Assembly: GCA_020137815.1 (NCBI GenBank) | Contig: CM035353.1 | Location: 5,146,001-5,210,000 of the forward strand | Length of the DNA: 64,000 nt | Direction: 5' to 3' | From: Hormiphora californensis | Lineage: Eukaryota; Animalia; Ctenophora | Made by a program: the position numbers and the translations under genes | Shown: positions 39,261 to 52,916 of the stretch, in pieces | Position numbering within the stretch: position 1 is the stretch's first letter | How the letters are laid out: every line of letters begins with the position of its first letter | Notes under the pieces: generated by a model | Seen by the model: the letters and a program-made list of their open reading frames with translations, nothing else | The model's database searches: none | What the model was told of the DNA's origin: nothing

Positions 39261-42141
39261 TGTCCACAAATTCAGTGACATGTTTCCGGTTTCCCACTCT
39301 CCTATCCAGTTGGCCTCTCCCCGAACCCCCATCATTTGAAACCTTGTCTCTATGTACCTTTATGCGATGGCCAGAGTTTCTTTTGCTTATTTCTCTAATC
39401 CTCGCAAGCTTTTGTAGAGTACATCTGTGGGGGAGGGGATGGGCCAACACTCAGCAGATGCTGCTTAATTTTTTTCAAGCTGTGCGATTTTCTCATAGAA
39501 TAAATTGATCTCAATATATCTTTCTTGCAACAGACAGAACATTCACTACCTATCATTTTTGTCTGCCTACTCTGAGTAGTCAGTGAGATAGGAAATGATT
39601 ATTTTGTACACTTCACAGACCCACTTACTCGTGCCCTCGGCATAATATTCAAACTGTAACTTCTTCATCATTGGCGTGACAACGGAGATAGTGCTCTATT
39701 CACCGAAATGAAGAGCGTAGAATTGTTGATGGTCCTTGTCCCGGAGAGTGCTCTACTTACGGTTGCGAGGAGCTATTAACACAAATTTTATTTCATTTTA
39801 TGAAATACAATTTGACAATTTGTATTGAAACATGTGTAAACTGTTGAACTAAAACTTCCTTGTTTTACTTATCATATATCTCGTGGGATCTCGTGTCATT
39901 ACCGATTTTTCACCTGCTTCAAATACTCTGCCATTTTGTCGTTGTGATTCTTGATGATATCCTTGAATAGGGCTATTAAGTCGGTGTAATGGAATATACC
40001 ATCAGTTTCTGCATGCCCTATCACCTTATTACAACAGTGCCGTGGACAGTATCCAACCGGAACAGTTGATCTTTTATTACAGTCTTTATTGTCGCTAATC
40101 CGGTACTTGATTGGTTTTCAACAGGAAAAGAGTGGTTCCGCACGGAGGCGGACGTGCATTCTCTACCGTCCGGGAGATTCCATTTGATGCCCTGGTGAAT
40201 TATTTTCTCCCCGTTATTAGGGAGTAAAAGAAGATAAATAGATATAACTAAGTAATAAAATTAGTACATTTTTATCAATCATGAAATTCAATGCCGTTGA
40301 GTGTTCATTCTCATGATATATTTCTTCTTCAGCGAAAATCAGATCGTAAATGCACGAGAATAATGAATTCCTTTTCAGGAAGCTGGGTGTACTTCCTTTC
40401 ATCAAAGATCACAAGAGTATCGACCGGAACAATTTTTCTTGATTAAATCCGAGTCTTTACAAAGACTATTGGTATTGCAATGTTTCCATTTGATTCCCTG
40501 ACCCCTGGTTGTACCGTCCGAGGGTGGACCCATTTGATTTCCTGTTGGTTGGCCATGTTCAAATGTCGAGCAGCCAGTCTCTACATAGCCTGGGGGCAGC
40601 CGTGGTGCACAGGGTTTTTAGTTCCTCAAACCAGGGTACCTCCTTCATTCCCTTTATGCCGGGAACTTCATAGAGTTACTATTAATGCTTATTGATATTC
40701 GATCAATCCCAGCTATCCTTAACCTATGATTTCCTTCCTGCTGAGAAGAAAGTTCCATGTTAATTTTCTTCAATTCCCCAACTTGGTGTTGTAATTGGCT
40801 TACTTCCATAGCCTGGTTAACAATCTCTGAACGGCCCCATCCTGGTGAAAAAAATCCATAAACAGTACATAAATATTTAGTTACTGATATCTCCATAATT
40901 TTTAATCGTTAATCCTTATCATAATCGTTCCTTATTCGGCACTATTAAAGGGAGTTTATTCAGAAGAAAATCTCAACTATTCACAACGACACAACGTTTT
41001 ATGTTAGCAGTATGTCCATTCTCCATGGCAGAATCATATTGTTTTTTTTAAATGAAAGCCCGCAGAAAAGCGAACTTTACATGACGTTGTTTGCTTAAAA
41101 TCACCCACTGGTGATCCTTGAACAACTGTAGTAGACATAATTTCCGACATGATGTTGCCCTTTCGGCAATCCTTTCAGTACATAATAAGATATGATAGCG
41201 CTAGATTTATATTTATGAATTGCGAGGAGAACAGGTTTATTTTTCTAAATTTACTTGATATTATTCGACAGCTCCAACGACTCCCATCATATTGATTTAT
41301 AAATGTCTCCCACCCAAAATAGTTCAACCTAATAAAAATATGTCACCCAGTTGTTGTCCCCATCAGTTTTTTCCTAAGTTTGATTTCCGTCAGTTAGAAC
41401 AGAGCTTTTCTAAATCAGCTTTTATAATCAAATTTTGGACAGCTAGTTTTAAAATTGCTTGATGGAATACATGCAGGAACTTTGGAAATGGACGTGGACT
41501 TTCGCGTATGATGAGATAATGAACATAAAGTCGTTCGAGGATCATGTGATTTCGTTACTTACCGACCGGCAATCCTTGGACCTCGGCCTCATTAGCTGCT
41601 TCAGCCAACAGTTTCGTAACCCGATTTTCCGCAATCCTTTCAGCTAAGATATGATAGCGTTACGCTCCAGTTACAAATTGGAAACTGACGCCAGGTTGTA
41701 ACTGGGGCCTTATATTTGAATTTAGAAATTGCCAGTGAAATGAACATAAATTTATTTAGTTACTTACACGTCTTGTGAAAAGATATATGATATGACAGCT
41801 CCATCGACTCCCATCTTCATAAACCATCCAATTTGTGTCCCCATCAGTTTTGATCTAAGCTGGATTTCCGTCCGGGGTCTTGGGATAAAGCCGGGCTGCA
41901 GAGCTCTGTAAAGATCCAGCAAAAGGAAGAGTGGGAAAGAAGAGGAACTTCTGTATACCTCATAGCTGATAATGTGTCCAGTATCTGAACTAGTTGGTCC
42001 AGATCAACGGAGGGGAGCAGGAGCTAGGGGCTTTTATCATCACACAGGTCTGTTGGGATGAGGGAAGGGTTTTAGAGGAGGTAAGAGAAATTAGAGTGGG
42101 AAAAAAGAGAAACTTAGTGATTCATGACTCCTAGATTCTGT

Positions 42142-43369
42142 GGCAGGTCGGAAGAATCTCGACACGCTATTACAGTACTGTAATAACTCACTATTACAGT
42201 ACTGTAATAGCGAGGCCCTGTAATAGCGGCCCCTGTAATAACTCGCTATTACAGTACTGTAATAGCGATACCTTGTAATAGTGATTAGCTATTACAGCAG
42301 TACCCTCGTATCAGTTCACATTGTAAGCGGTTCCGCCGCTAATGAGGTTTACCGAATCGTGAGCAGTACCCCGTATCGGTTGATATTGTAAACAGTTCCG
42401 CCGCTAATGAACTACACTGAATCGTGAACCGATACGGAGTGTACTGCGTATCGGTTCACACACCAAACTAGTGCCCTCTCTATCCCTCTCAGCTATCTCT
42501 CTATCTCTGTCTCTCTCTGTCTCTGTATCTCTGTCTCTCTCCTTTCTCACGTTGCACAAGCATACAATGCTTAAATCATGACATGTGATTCGTTAAGATC
42601 ATGTGCTTATTATAACGGGGGGGGGGGGGGGGGGTATGGTGACAAATGGAGATGCTGACATACCCCAAATGGTCAGATAAGTCACCATGATACCCCCCCC
42701 CCTTTCATGTTAAGCACATGATCTTAACGAATCACGTGTCATGATTTAAGCACGTTAAGGTCGTGCAACGTGAGAAAGAGGGACAGAGACACAAAGAGAT
42801 AGGGACAGTGATAGGGATAGAGCGATAGCTGAAAGAGACAGAGAGGGGATTAGTTTCGTGTGTGAACCGATACGGAGTACACTGATCCGTATCGGTTCAC
42901 GATTCGGTAATCGGTATAGCTCATTAGCGGCGGAACTGTTTACAATATCAACCGATACGGGGTACTGCTCACGATTCGGTAAACCTCATTAGCGGCGGAA
43001 CAATGTGAACTGATACGAGGGTACTGCTGTAATAGCTGATCACTATTACAGGGCATCTCTATTCAATCAATCAATCAATCAATCATAACACCGCTCGGTG
43101 GCGGGGTGCCTCTTTATTACTGGGCAAAATAATAATATTTAATAATGTATATATAAAAATATAAAATATATAAAAATATAAAATAAGTTTGTGAACACGG
43201 CAACTTTGAGGTGGGGTGGAGATCACATTTCATTGGCTTGCTGTCTGGTTTGTTTGTGGAGATAAGGAGAGATGAGGCACAAGAGGGGGAGACAAGTTAG
43301 GGAGAGATGAGAGAAGCACTTTGAGAGAGAAAGGGGGGAGAGAGCGAGAGAGAGAGAAAGGGGGGAGAG

Positions 43370-43442
<73 letters not shown>

Positions 43443-45989
43443 GAGAAATAGGTAGGGAGAGAAATAGGTAGGGAGAGACAGGTAGATACAGGGAGAGAGA
43501 TTATAAAGGGATAGGGCCGAAGGATAGGAGATGTTGGCAGTGAAATTAGTAGAGATAGTCTAGATAGCTGAGATGGTCATTTGATTATTTCCATTGAGAA
43601 ATTTGTTGGTGACCACTCGTCGGTCTCGTTGCTATAGCTATGTGGGAGGCTTTGTAAAGTAAGTAGATATCTAGTTAGTAAATTTTTAAAGGGGTTAAAG
43701 AAGTAGTCCTTGAGATGGCGTTGTGATGTTTTTTATTATTATTATCTGTGTTGAGGGTGGCATTTGCACATGGCACGATATGATTATACAGAATAGGGCC
43801 TATGTAAGCAGCCTGTCTTTTTGATCGCTCTAGTCGGAACTCGGGAACATCGAGTATTTTAATTGGGAGACTAGTGGATCTAGTGTAATACTGGGGCGCA
43901 GAGGTGGGGGATGTTGGAGAGAATAGTAACTGGATGTTGTCAGGAGCAACTTTTAGTCTGGTTTTTTGGATTAAACATAGGATTGATTTTGTGATGATGT
44001 TGGGTAGTGCTAAAAGTTTGTGGGCGGTGAAGATAGGTTTAGTGTGGGAGGGGATGGTACCTGATTTGCTGTCGTAGAAGAGTCTGGATTTGCTATTGAG
44101 GGCCCTGACACCTTTTTTTTGGGCCGAGAATAATGGTTTCAGTGAATTCTGGGATGCGGTTCCCCAAACGGATGCACAGTAGAGCAGATGTGATTCGATA
44201 AAGCTGTTGTAGAGGCACTTGAGAGACTTGAGAGGCAGTACTCCTCGCATTTTGTATAAGATGCCTGCGTTGCGACCTACTTTTGCGGCTAGCGCTGTGA
44301 CATGATGTTTCCAGCTTAAATTAGAGTCTATGATTACCCCGAGGAACTTAGCATGATCGGTCGCTATTATTTTGACGCCTCCGAGATGGATTTGTAGTTC
44401 GGAGACTCGTGATCGATCCCTGTTGGTGAATACGAGAAGCTTTGTTTTGCCTATATTGAGTTTAAGCCCGTTACCGCCAACCCATCTATCCACCGCGAGA
44501 AGAGCTCGGTTGACTCTCTCTTCTAGCTCTTCGAAACTGTCGGCTGATATGATGAGATTGGAATCGTCCGCGAATATGAAGAATTTGGCTAAAGGAACTG
44601 CAGCTGGAAGATCATTAATATAGATAAGAAATAGAGTCGGGCCCAGATTTGAGCCCTGGGGAACGCCGTGTTTTATGACACGATCTTCGGAGTTATTGTT
44701 ATTGACACAGACATATTGCATTCTTTGACGCAAGTAAGACGAGAACCATTCTAGGTTGCTACCTCTGACTCCGTAATGCTCTAATTTATGTAAGAGAAGA
44801 CGGTGATCTACCATATCGAAGGCCTTGCTAAAATCTAATAGGAGTAGTGCGGTTACTTTTTTGCGTTCGAGGGCTCGGATAATGGCATTTTGTGCTTCCA
44901 GAATAGCGTGCTCGCAGGAATGTGACCTTCTGAAACCATATTGTGATGTGAATAAAATATTATTAGTGTTTAAGTGCTTCGTAAGGCGGGTTAACATAAT
45001 TTTTTCATAAATTTTTGAGAATGTGGGAAGTAGAGAGATTGGTCGGTAGTTGGCGATATCTGTGCGTGAGCCCTGTTTGAATAGGGGAATGACTTTGGCT
45101 TTCTTTAATTTACTGGGGAAAATACCCTGGGCGAGGGATGCCGCTACTGTGTGTTGCAGGATATTGGAAATGGGATCTACTGCGGCTTTTAGAGGTGCTA
45201 TTCCCGTGTCGGAGGTTGCTCGTATTTTCAGCGACTTAACAGTCTCTTTTATTTCTAGTACTGTTACGGGTTCTAGCGACATGTTAGATTTACATCTTGT
45301 ATCTGGCGAGAGGCTAGGTTGAGAGCAGGAAGGGTTACTGGAAGAATCTTTTAGTTTCTGTGCTATGTTGGTGAAGTAGTCATTGAACGCCTCAGCTATT
45401 TTCGTGTTGCTGGTTATAGTTTCGCCTTCATAGTCAATCTTACTGATCTGAGCTTTGGCCTTACGTGTTCTATTCAGGAGCTGGTTTATTAATTGCCATT
45501 GCTTTTTGCAATCACTACTATGACGTTCCATGTACTGATTGTAGTAGCGGTGTTTTGCAATACGTATGTGTTTATCTACAAACTTTTTCATACGTGTGTA
45601 ATAAAATTTGTTTTGAGGAGAGGGATGGAGGACAAATTTGCTGTAAAGGCGATTTTTGCGGGCACACGCACAGCGCAGCCAATCAAGAATCCAGGGTTTA
45701 TTCTCCCGTTCCTTGCGTCGCTTTGGTTTACTAAGGGGAAAGCATTTATTGTAGACACGTGTGTATTCTTCATAAAATTTATTGAATTTTTGGTCTGCAT
45801 CTTCTACTAGGTTCAAAAAGTCCCAGTCGATATTATTGATTTCATGGACAAAATTCTGGGTGGCCTGTGTACAGTACTATAATAGCGAGTTATTACAGGG
45901 GCCGCTATTACAGGGCCTCGCTATTACAGTACTGTAATAGTGAGTTATTACAGTACTGTAATAGCGTGTCGAGATTCTTCCGACCTGCC
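42142..45989. mobile_element. Palindromic MITE (~1.04 kb without its insert), GG termini, 8-bp TSD (Merlin-like), carrying a nested LINE
   Basis: TIR ggcaggtcggaagaatctcgacacgctattacag; TSD gattctgt at 42134-42141 and 45990-45997; repeats of ctattacagtactgtaatag. Confidence 0.9.
43063..45870 (-). mobile_element. 5'-truncated CR1/L2-group LINE with intact RT ORF (43675-45816, open to the truncation point)
   Basis: KPW, NYRPISLLPTFSKIYEK, QYGFR, LDFSKAFD, GVPQGSNLGP, FADD, FLGV. (CT)n in the 3' UTR and a (GATT)n tail. Splits host ctatt|acagta with no TSD. Confidence 0.93.
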
Positions 45990-45997
45990 GATTCTGT

Positions 45998-46435
45998 ATT
46001 ATACCTGAACACTGGTGATTGCAGGTGAACTGTCCGAACGCTGGTTCCTACTGCGTTGGGGTAGGAGTTGTGTAGAAACTGAAGATATGTGGCATCGTCT
46101 GCAGGAACTTTTGGGGTCGTGGAATATAACCTATCAGGCCGGGTGTATTCAGGTTTAGGTGACACTAATACTTTCTCAACTGCGTCAGCCTTTTCACGAT
46201 CTTCGATATAGAAGAGCTGCCTGCTAATTATGGAGAGGTACTCCTGTGTGGAGCATTTGTTTTTCTCCGCCTCCGCCACGATGAGCTCACGGACCTGTTG
46301 AGTTCTTCGTCTCTGCTGTCTTTCCCCACAGTCTGGTAAGGGGAGATAAAACTCTCGAGATGGAGATTCTTCTGCGTCCAGGACGCCGTCCACTGTTCCA
46401 GGAGGCTGATCAGATTCAGGTACAGCTGTATTCAA
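45998..46435 (-). pseudogene. Fragment resembling the RAG1/Transib-like transposase N-terminal DNA-binding region
   Basis: ERQQRRRTQQVRELIVAEAEKNK...LSIISRQLFYIEDREKADAVEKVL resembles the RAG1 nonamer-binding/dimerisation segment by eye. No catalytic core present. Confidence 0.4.
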
Positions 46436-46515
46436 AAATTTCGATTGGATCGTGCTGTTCTTATAATGAAACAGATAGCTCTTACAGAGGCGATCAATTT
46501 CAATGTCCGTGTATA

Positions 46516-46768
46516 CCCCCCCCCCTCAATCTGTCTCTCTGTTTACCTGGGCATTAATGAGCTTTAAGCGCCAAAGAGAAATGACCTCGTTTTAGCCCTT
46601 ATTAGGTTTTCGTCGATCTCATCCTGGGGGTGGATCTCATCATGGGGTCGATCTCATCCCGGGGGGTGGATCTCATCCTGGGGGTGGAGTTAGAGGGAAT
46701 ATTAAGTGATATCAAAACACAGCCCCCTCAATCTTTCACTCTCCTCTGTTTACCTGGACCTGGTTACT
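46516..46768. repeat. ~250-bp direct repeat, copy A (copy B at ~47525-47739)
   Basis: Near-identical from ccccaatctgtctctctgt to cctggttact; internal gatctcatcctggggg repeats. Confidence 0.85.
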
Positions 46769-47378
46769 CGTATGGGATTGTTTTAGACATCTCCTTGGCT
46801 TCGTTTAACATGTTGTCTCTTCTGCTATCTTCGAAGGATATAAATCTATGATGCCGCACAATATCATTAAAAACCTTATCTCTATAGGGGTTCCCTGGTG
46901 CTAGAGCTTGGATTTTATCACGATACGCCGAGAGAACTCGATCGAAAGGGTTTCGCACGGTTAACAGTTTAGGAGTTCCTGTAGGTGCTTTAGTTTTGTG
47001 AACTCCCTTCTCTCTCCATTCGCCTGCCCCAATATCGTCACAGATGTTAGCACTAAAGTATGGCGGACAAAAGTGGGCCTCGGTAAAAGAACTGGCAGCT
47101 TTGAAAATGGGGCAATAAACAATACCCTTCTTTTCTGTCTTGTCCAAAAACCATGTTTCACTTGGGACGGAGACTTGTCTGTATTGTTTCAGACTCTTAC
47201 ACCGCTCCTGGACTAATTTCCTGCGCTCTTTAATTAGTTCTAAAAATGTCTCAGAATCGGTGGAACAATTCGTTGGAGGGGGTTTTAACCTTGGTTCACA
47301 CACCGGTTCCGAGATGGGTTCAGTGGGTAGTTGGGCGGGGTTAGTCGGTTCTAACACATCTTTTTGATGTACATACAT
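46769..47378 (-). pseudogene. Truncated carbohydrate sulfotransferase (Sulfotransfer_2, CHST8-14-like) fragment
   Basis: 5'-PSB motif YCPIFKAASS and 3'-PB motif LTVRNPFDRVLSAYRDK; ORF ends at the repeat boundary and lacks the C-terminal half. Confidence 0.8.
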
Positions 47379-48004
47379 TATTAGAGCATATTGTTTTCTT
47401 CACCGGTTCCGAGATAGGATGGTGAAGTAGGAGTGCCCCTAATGGGGGTGAGAGGATTAGGTGGAGTTAATAGAGGGAATAGAACTGAATTGTGGATTTG
47501 GGGTGGAAACGGAGTGTGATACAACCCCCCCCCCCCCAATCTGTCTCTCTGTTCACCTGGGCATTAATGAGCTTTAACGCCAAAGAGAAATGACCTCGTT
47601 TTAGCCCTTTTAGGTTTTCGTCGATCTCATCCTGGGGGTGGATCTCATCCTGGGGGGGGAGTTAGAGGGAATATTAAGTGATATCAAAACACAGCCCCCC
47701 CCCCTCAATCTTTCACTCTCCTCTGTTTACCTGGTTACTGGCCGTCACGGTTCGGGTTGGGTTCCGGTTTGAAACGTATAACATTGTTTCTTTTATCCTT
47801 CAGTGATATTCTTTCTCTGGTAATCAGGAGTCGGTGTGCTCTCATGATCCCAGCATAGGAAGGAAGGAATTTTTAAGGAATTGGTTGGTCTTCATAACTT
47901 CCTCGCCTAAACACTAGTGTAGAACAGCGTTGGTTGGTGTTTGACGGAAGGATTTTATGAGGTCCCCTGCTGTCCAGTCCACGTTGTTATGGGGAAGGTG
48001 GTTT

Positions 48005-48364
48005 AGAAGATATTGGGAGATATGTTGATGCAATTAGCATCAGAATTTGATGCCAGGTTTCTCCAGTACTCAACCTATCTCCCAATATCGTCAGACTCAG
48101 TCTAAACCGCCTGGGAGTGGAGCAAAAACTCTCGGAAGCCAGATTATAGATTTGACTTCAGTGTCAATTTTGACCCACTTCCTGTTGACAGACAAACTTC
48201 TGGGGTATTTTCCAGTATATTAGGATCAATTTGTAGTCTTTTGCGACAAACCGGATGCAAATCGATCCAGTGGATCGCGTGCAACATCCCTTGAAAGAAA
48301 CGACCCTTTTTTGGGGGCGGAGCGGATACCTGTGTGCGGGGTCGCGCCAGGTGTCTGTCACCAA
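48005..48364. mobile_element. Partial (right-half) copy of the TTGGTGAC MITE family
   Basis: Similar to ~51925-52332; ends in gtcaccaa. Confidence 0.8.
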
Positions 48365-49251
48365 GATATAAACGGGCCATATAAACGGTAGAGTATGGTA
48401 AAAAAGGTGCAGGAAATGAAGAAATACAGTCAATAGGCGTCCGGAAGGATGAAAATTCGATGGAAGTGTCGAGATGAATGTTGGTCACGTCACGCAATCC
48501 CCTTGTACATAGCACGTGACGAAGTCGCGCCACCTCCCGACGTAGCTGTCAGCTTCGCTGCCAAAGATGAATGTTGGAAAAACATATAAAAAGGGTTAAA
48601 AAAGGCTAAAAAAGCTAACATAAAAAAGGCCATCAACCAAAATCAGGGTACCATTAGCCTTTTTTAGGGCTGGAGCCCCCCTCCCCCTGTATACCTTCGA
48701 CCTTCAAGTGCATGTGAGGAGGGCTTAATTGCCTTGACCTCACTATAGTGTGTCTGTAAAATAAATACGTTATTGGAGCTGGCACCGTGAGTTGCTTACT
48801 TTATATCCAGGCTGGCCTGAGGCCTCTATTTTTGGTATCTGAATACCACCTTTCTTTCTCTTCCTTTCGATTCCCACGTATATCACTCTAAATTTAGTAT
48901 CGGCAACATGATGTAAGCTTCGTCTAACTAGGCCTAGGGCAGCAGTATAGCACATAGATCAGCTCTAAATTCAAATCGATGATCGAAGGGCGAAGATTGG
49001 GAATTCAATTAACTTGCTGTGATTACATGATAACTGTCTATTGCGGAGCACTGACCCAACTGAATTAATAGTTAATAATAACTAGCAAAACTGGGGCGAT
49101 CGTACCGATCGCAAATCGAGGGGTCTGTTTCTATGTTTTTCTCCCTGCCTGTCTGCTATGTGATGTGATCCCTCTTTTTTCTCTCTTTCTCTCCCTTTTA
49201 TACATGACGTGTTGTGACCCCTCAAGTCGCAAGCAGTTCTCAACACGTGTG

Positions 49252-49485
49252 ATACGTGATACCTACGAATCACGTCGTCACACTGACGGATCACATCGTC
49301 ACACTGACGGATCACGTCGTCACACTGACGGATCACGTCGTCACATTGACGATAGGGTGTTACATTTCCGTGATACCTACGAATCACGTCGTCACACTGA
49401 CGGATCACATCGTCACACTGACGGATCACGTCGTCACACTGACGGATCACGTCGTCACATTGACGATAGGGTGTTACATTTCCGT
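49252..49485 (+). repeat. 21-bp minisatellite arranged as two ~114-bp higher-order units
   Basis: ggatcacgtcgtcacactgac repeats; block duplicated at ~49256 and ~49370. Confidence 0.9.
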
Positions 49486-49772
49486 GCAAATTTGCATTAG
49501 ATATAGTTAGATAAGCGATAGACATGGTAAACTAGTAATCACATCATAATATATTGATTGAACTTGTCGATAGTTGTATCAATACTCGACTTTGTTTGTT
49601 TTATTTATTCCCATGCCTCTCTTGATCTAAGCGGGCCGGCGTCTTTCTTTCTCTTTATGCTTTTGTTTTTAGCTTGCTTAATTTGTCGTTCATGATATAG
49701 CAGCGCTGTTAGAACTAGCATTCTATCATGATCATCTTTGTTCTCTTCAGGTTTTGCGTTGTGCCCTCTTTG

Positions 49773-50130
49773 AGTTGTCTCATATAATGAGACCCTCCTC
49801 TTCGCACCGGGCCTTCGGCCCGGTGCGGCTACGTGATTCCGCGTAGCGAGGAGGGTCTCACCCCAAAGGGTCTACTTGAATCTGAAACGCGCCGCACACA
49901 GCAAATGCTAACGCGCACCAACTCTTCTCTCTCTATAGTATGAACGCGTCTCTCGCTTTTCCCAAGGACCGTGGGAAAGTCGCACGAGCTCTTTTTTACA
50001 AGAACGAATGATTTTGAAGAGTTCAAACTGTGTTTAACGCGCCTCGTTTCATCTTTGCGCGTGATAAAGCAGGGTTTGGGGTATGACTGTACATCGAGGT
50101 TGTGCGATGTACAGTCAGTGTATGACAATC
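49773..50130 (+). mobile_element. Helentron/HINE-like non-autonomous element
   Basis: gagaccctcctc...gaggagggtctc sub-TIRs enclosing a GC hairpin with a cTTCGg loop; second copy at 6740-6843. Confidence 0.55.
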
Positions 50131-50255
50131 TTTGAGATGTTTATTCAAATGATACGGTATTGATTAACAGTACTCTTCGTTACTAATTCTATCACTGTCA
50201 TCAATGTGGTGTGTACTTCAATTCTGTAACTAATTTAATGTACCTTTTTATTTAG

Positions 50256-50321
50256 CAATTAGGCAATAGTTTAAAGACAGAATTGCCGATTGGTGAAATT
50301 TCAACTAATAATATGGCTGGG
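50256..50321 (+). CDS. TRPA-like channel, first visible exon (ATG at 50313; frame open from the acceptor at 50256)
   Basis: tttatttag|CAA...ATG GCT GGG|gttagt; phase 0; 121-nt intron to the ttcag acceptor at 50442. Confidence 0.6.
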
Positions 50322-50442
50322 GTTAGTATTGATATAAATAGGGTATGAATCGTTATACCACCGTTAGATTTAGCGAATTATTGATCTGGTTGAATTCTAT
50401 TCCACTTTTTCCCGTGTGAACACTAAAATGATATAATTTCAG

Positions 50443-50988
50443 GGGGGAGACTACTCGGGTTGGAAGGACCATCAGTTCACCGAGAAAATAGACGGCAACT
50501 GCACTGAAGCACATAGACTGGCTGATAGTGGTGACCACGAGAAACTCGGTCAGCTTTTACAAGTCGCAAAATCTAAGAGACTAACGGAAAAGGTGTTACT
50601 GGCAAGAAATGGTTTTAATTGTACACCACTGATCCGTGCTTGTCATAATAATCACTATAAAACTGTGAAAATGCTACTTGATGCTGCAACAGAGCATTCA
50701 GAAGCTTTACTTAGGGATATGCTCTTGGCAGAGAACGAATATGAAACGGCATTACACTGTGCTAAAAAGACGGGTGACGAGAATTTGGTGAAGCTGCTAC
50801 TGACTACGGCAAATCAGGCGAATACATTACTAGAGGCCATCCTTCTGAAAAAAGATAAAGGGGGGAACACACCGTTGTCCTCACAACGACAGCAACAGTT
50901 GATACAAGCGCTGCGTGATCGTACGGGAATGATGAAGTTGTCGATTGGTGAAATTTCAACTAATAATGTGGCTGAAACTAGTACTGAG
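50443..50988 (+). CDS. TRPA-like channel, duplicated ankyrin-repeat exon (182 codons)
   Basis: Stop-free and paralogous to 60229-~60810. Ends ...ACT GAG|gttagt in phase 0, compatible with the 60229 acceptor. Confidence 0.7.
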
Positions 50989-51655
50989 GTTAGTATTGAT
51001 AACTGCGCTGGCAAGCGCAAAGGTCGCCATCCCCCACCCCCCGAAAGCGCCGCCAGAAACGAAGTTATACGATTATAGACCCCGCTGGCTCAAATAGACG
51101 CCCGCCCCGCGCGAACAATTTGCACTGGTCTATTGGACCGTGCACTGCCGTGAGTTTGTGTCTCGATAGACGCACGCCCTCTCACAGATTTGTGTAAAGA
51201 TCACAAAGAATCACTGGAAACACGATAAAATGACATGACAACACAAGAGGGAGTGTGTGTACAACCAACTAAGCTCTCTGTCTAGATTTGGCGCCCGCCA
51301 GTCTGTTGGCAACTGTTCCTCTTGACCCACAATTAACTGTTATCTCTCCCTGCATTCCACCCTTTTGATTTGTTCAAACGATTGGTACGAGTGTATAGGA
51401 ATGTAGAGAGGCACTTTGTAGCTTCATTTCCAACTATTTGACCCGTTTTGTGTGAGCTCTCTGTTTGAAAACCACGTAAATTGTGCTTGTTTTGCTTCTA
51501 GGTGCCCGCCAGCGGGGTCTATAGAATACAACTCCCTCCCTTGCGTGCAGATATACCTGTAAACCCCTCGCTGACGCTCGGGATTTACAGGGCTGTAACG
51601 CACGGGTCCCGAAGGGACCCGTGCATTACAGCTCAATAGACGCACTGCTCTGCAG

Positions 51656-52332
51656 TTGGTGACATAGACACCGTGCGCGACCAAGATTGAGCTCACACAC
51701 AGGTGTCTGCTCCGCCTCAAAAAGGGTCGTTTCTTTCAAGGGATGTTGCACGCGATCCACTGGACCGATTTGCATCCGGTTTGTCGCAAAAGACTACAAA
51801 TGATCCTAATATACTGGAAAATACCCGAGAAGTTTGTCTGTTAACAGGAAGTGGGTCAAAATTGACACTGAAGTCAAACCTATAATCTGGCTTCCGAGAG
51901 TTTCTGCACTACGCCCATGCGATTTAGAAGATATTGGGAGATATGTTGATGCAATTAGCATCAGCTATTAATGCCGGGTATTTTCCAGTACTCACAAGAG
52001 TTCAACCTATCTTCTGAAACCCTCAGATTCATTCTACACCGTCTGGGAGTGGTGCAAAAAGGCTCGGAAGCCAGATTAGAGATTTGACTTCAGTGTCAAT
52101 TTTGACCCACTTCCTGTTGACAGACAAACTTCTCGGGTATTTTCCAGTAAACTAGGACCAATTTGTAGTCTTTTGCGACAAACCGGATGCAAATCGGTCC
52201 AGTGGATCACGTGCAATTTGGCTTGAAAGACACGACCCTTTTTTAGGGGGCGGAGCGGACACCTATGTGCGAGCTCGATCTCGGTCGCTGCGCGACCTCG
52301 ATCTCGCACGCACTAGGTGTCAATGTCACCAA
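51656..52332. mobile_element. Foldback MITE with 9-bp TSD (MULE-like), TTGGTGAC family
   Basis: ttggtgacatagacacc ... ggtgtcaatgtcaccaa; TSD gctctgcag on both sides. Confidence 0.9.
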
Positions 52333-52916
52333 GCTCTGCAGTGCGTCTATTGATTATCTGCCTGCGCGGGAGGGAGTTATGTACTATATGGATGTTTTGG
52401 CTAAAAACCCAGACTTCAGAAAGCCTGAAAGTGTGGCGCTCTTTCGTCCGATTGACTTGATTTTTGGAATGTATACCTGGCTTGGTGTCTTTGACTTCAG
52501 TTTAGATTTTCAAGTCTCTATCTCATCTGGGACCGAAGTTACAGACTGGTCCCATTTGCTGTAAATTAGTTAGGATAAGGTTATCCATCGTCCTCAGGAA
52601 CGTCCTACAGAACGTCTTAAGGGTACAGTGTACACCTCGGCGAAATTTTTGTCGAGTGCCTGCTTAGCTCTCCATATGGGGTTGTAGGGCATGTCTTTCT
52701 AAACCAAACTTCTTTGAGCTCGTTTTACACCCTGAAGACGGATTCTAATCGAAAAACGAAGACTATACTCCATTTTTTCAACTGTTCACCCCCCAAAGTC
52801 GTGCGCAGAATTGTTTTGCGTGTCTATCAGATGGTAACGTGTAGCGTGCACCACAAAAATTCTAAATTTGACTGAAATTTTGGGGGAACAGTTGAAAAAA
52901 TAGGACTTTATATCAT

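Noticed and set aside
40450-40900. ORF1-like coiled-coil + LRIAGI remnant
   Set aside because: Too short and degenerate to call.
49082-49525. RQCDDVI-repeat ORF, or a CRISPR-like array
   Set aside because: Pure 21-bp minisatellite with no unique spacers; eukaryotic context and no cas genes.
52732-52765. CUGAAGA...GAAA hammerhead-like string
   Set aside because: Stem II is not properly closed, there is no helix III/NUH partner, and it lies in an inverted-repeat arm of a DNA element.
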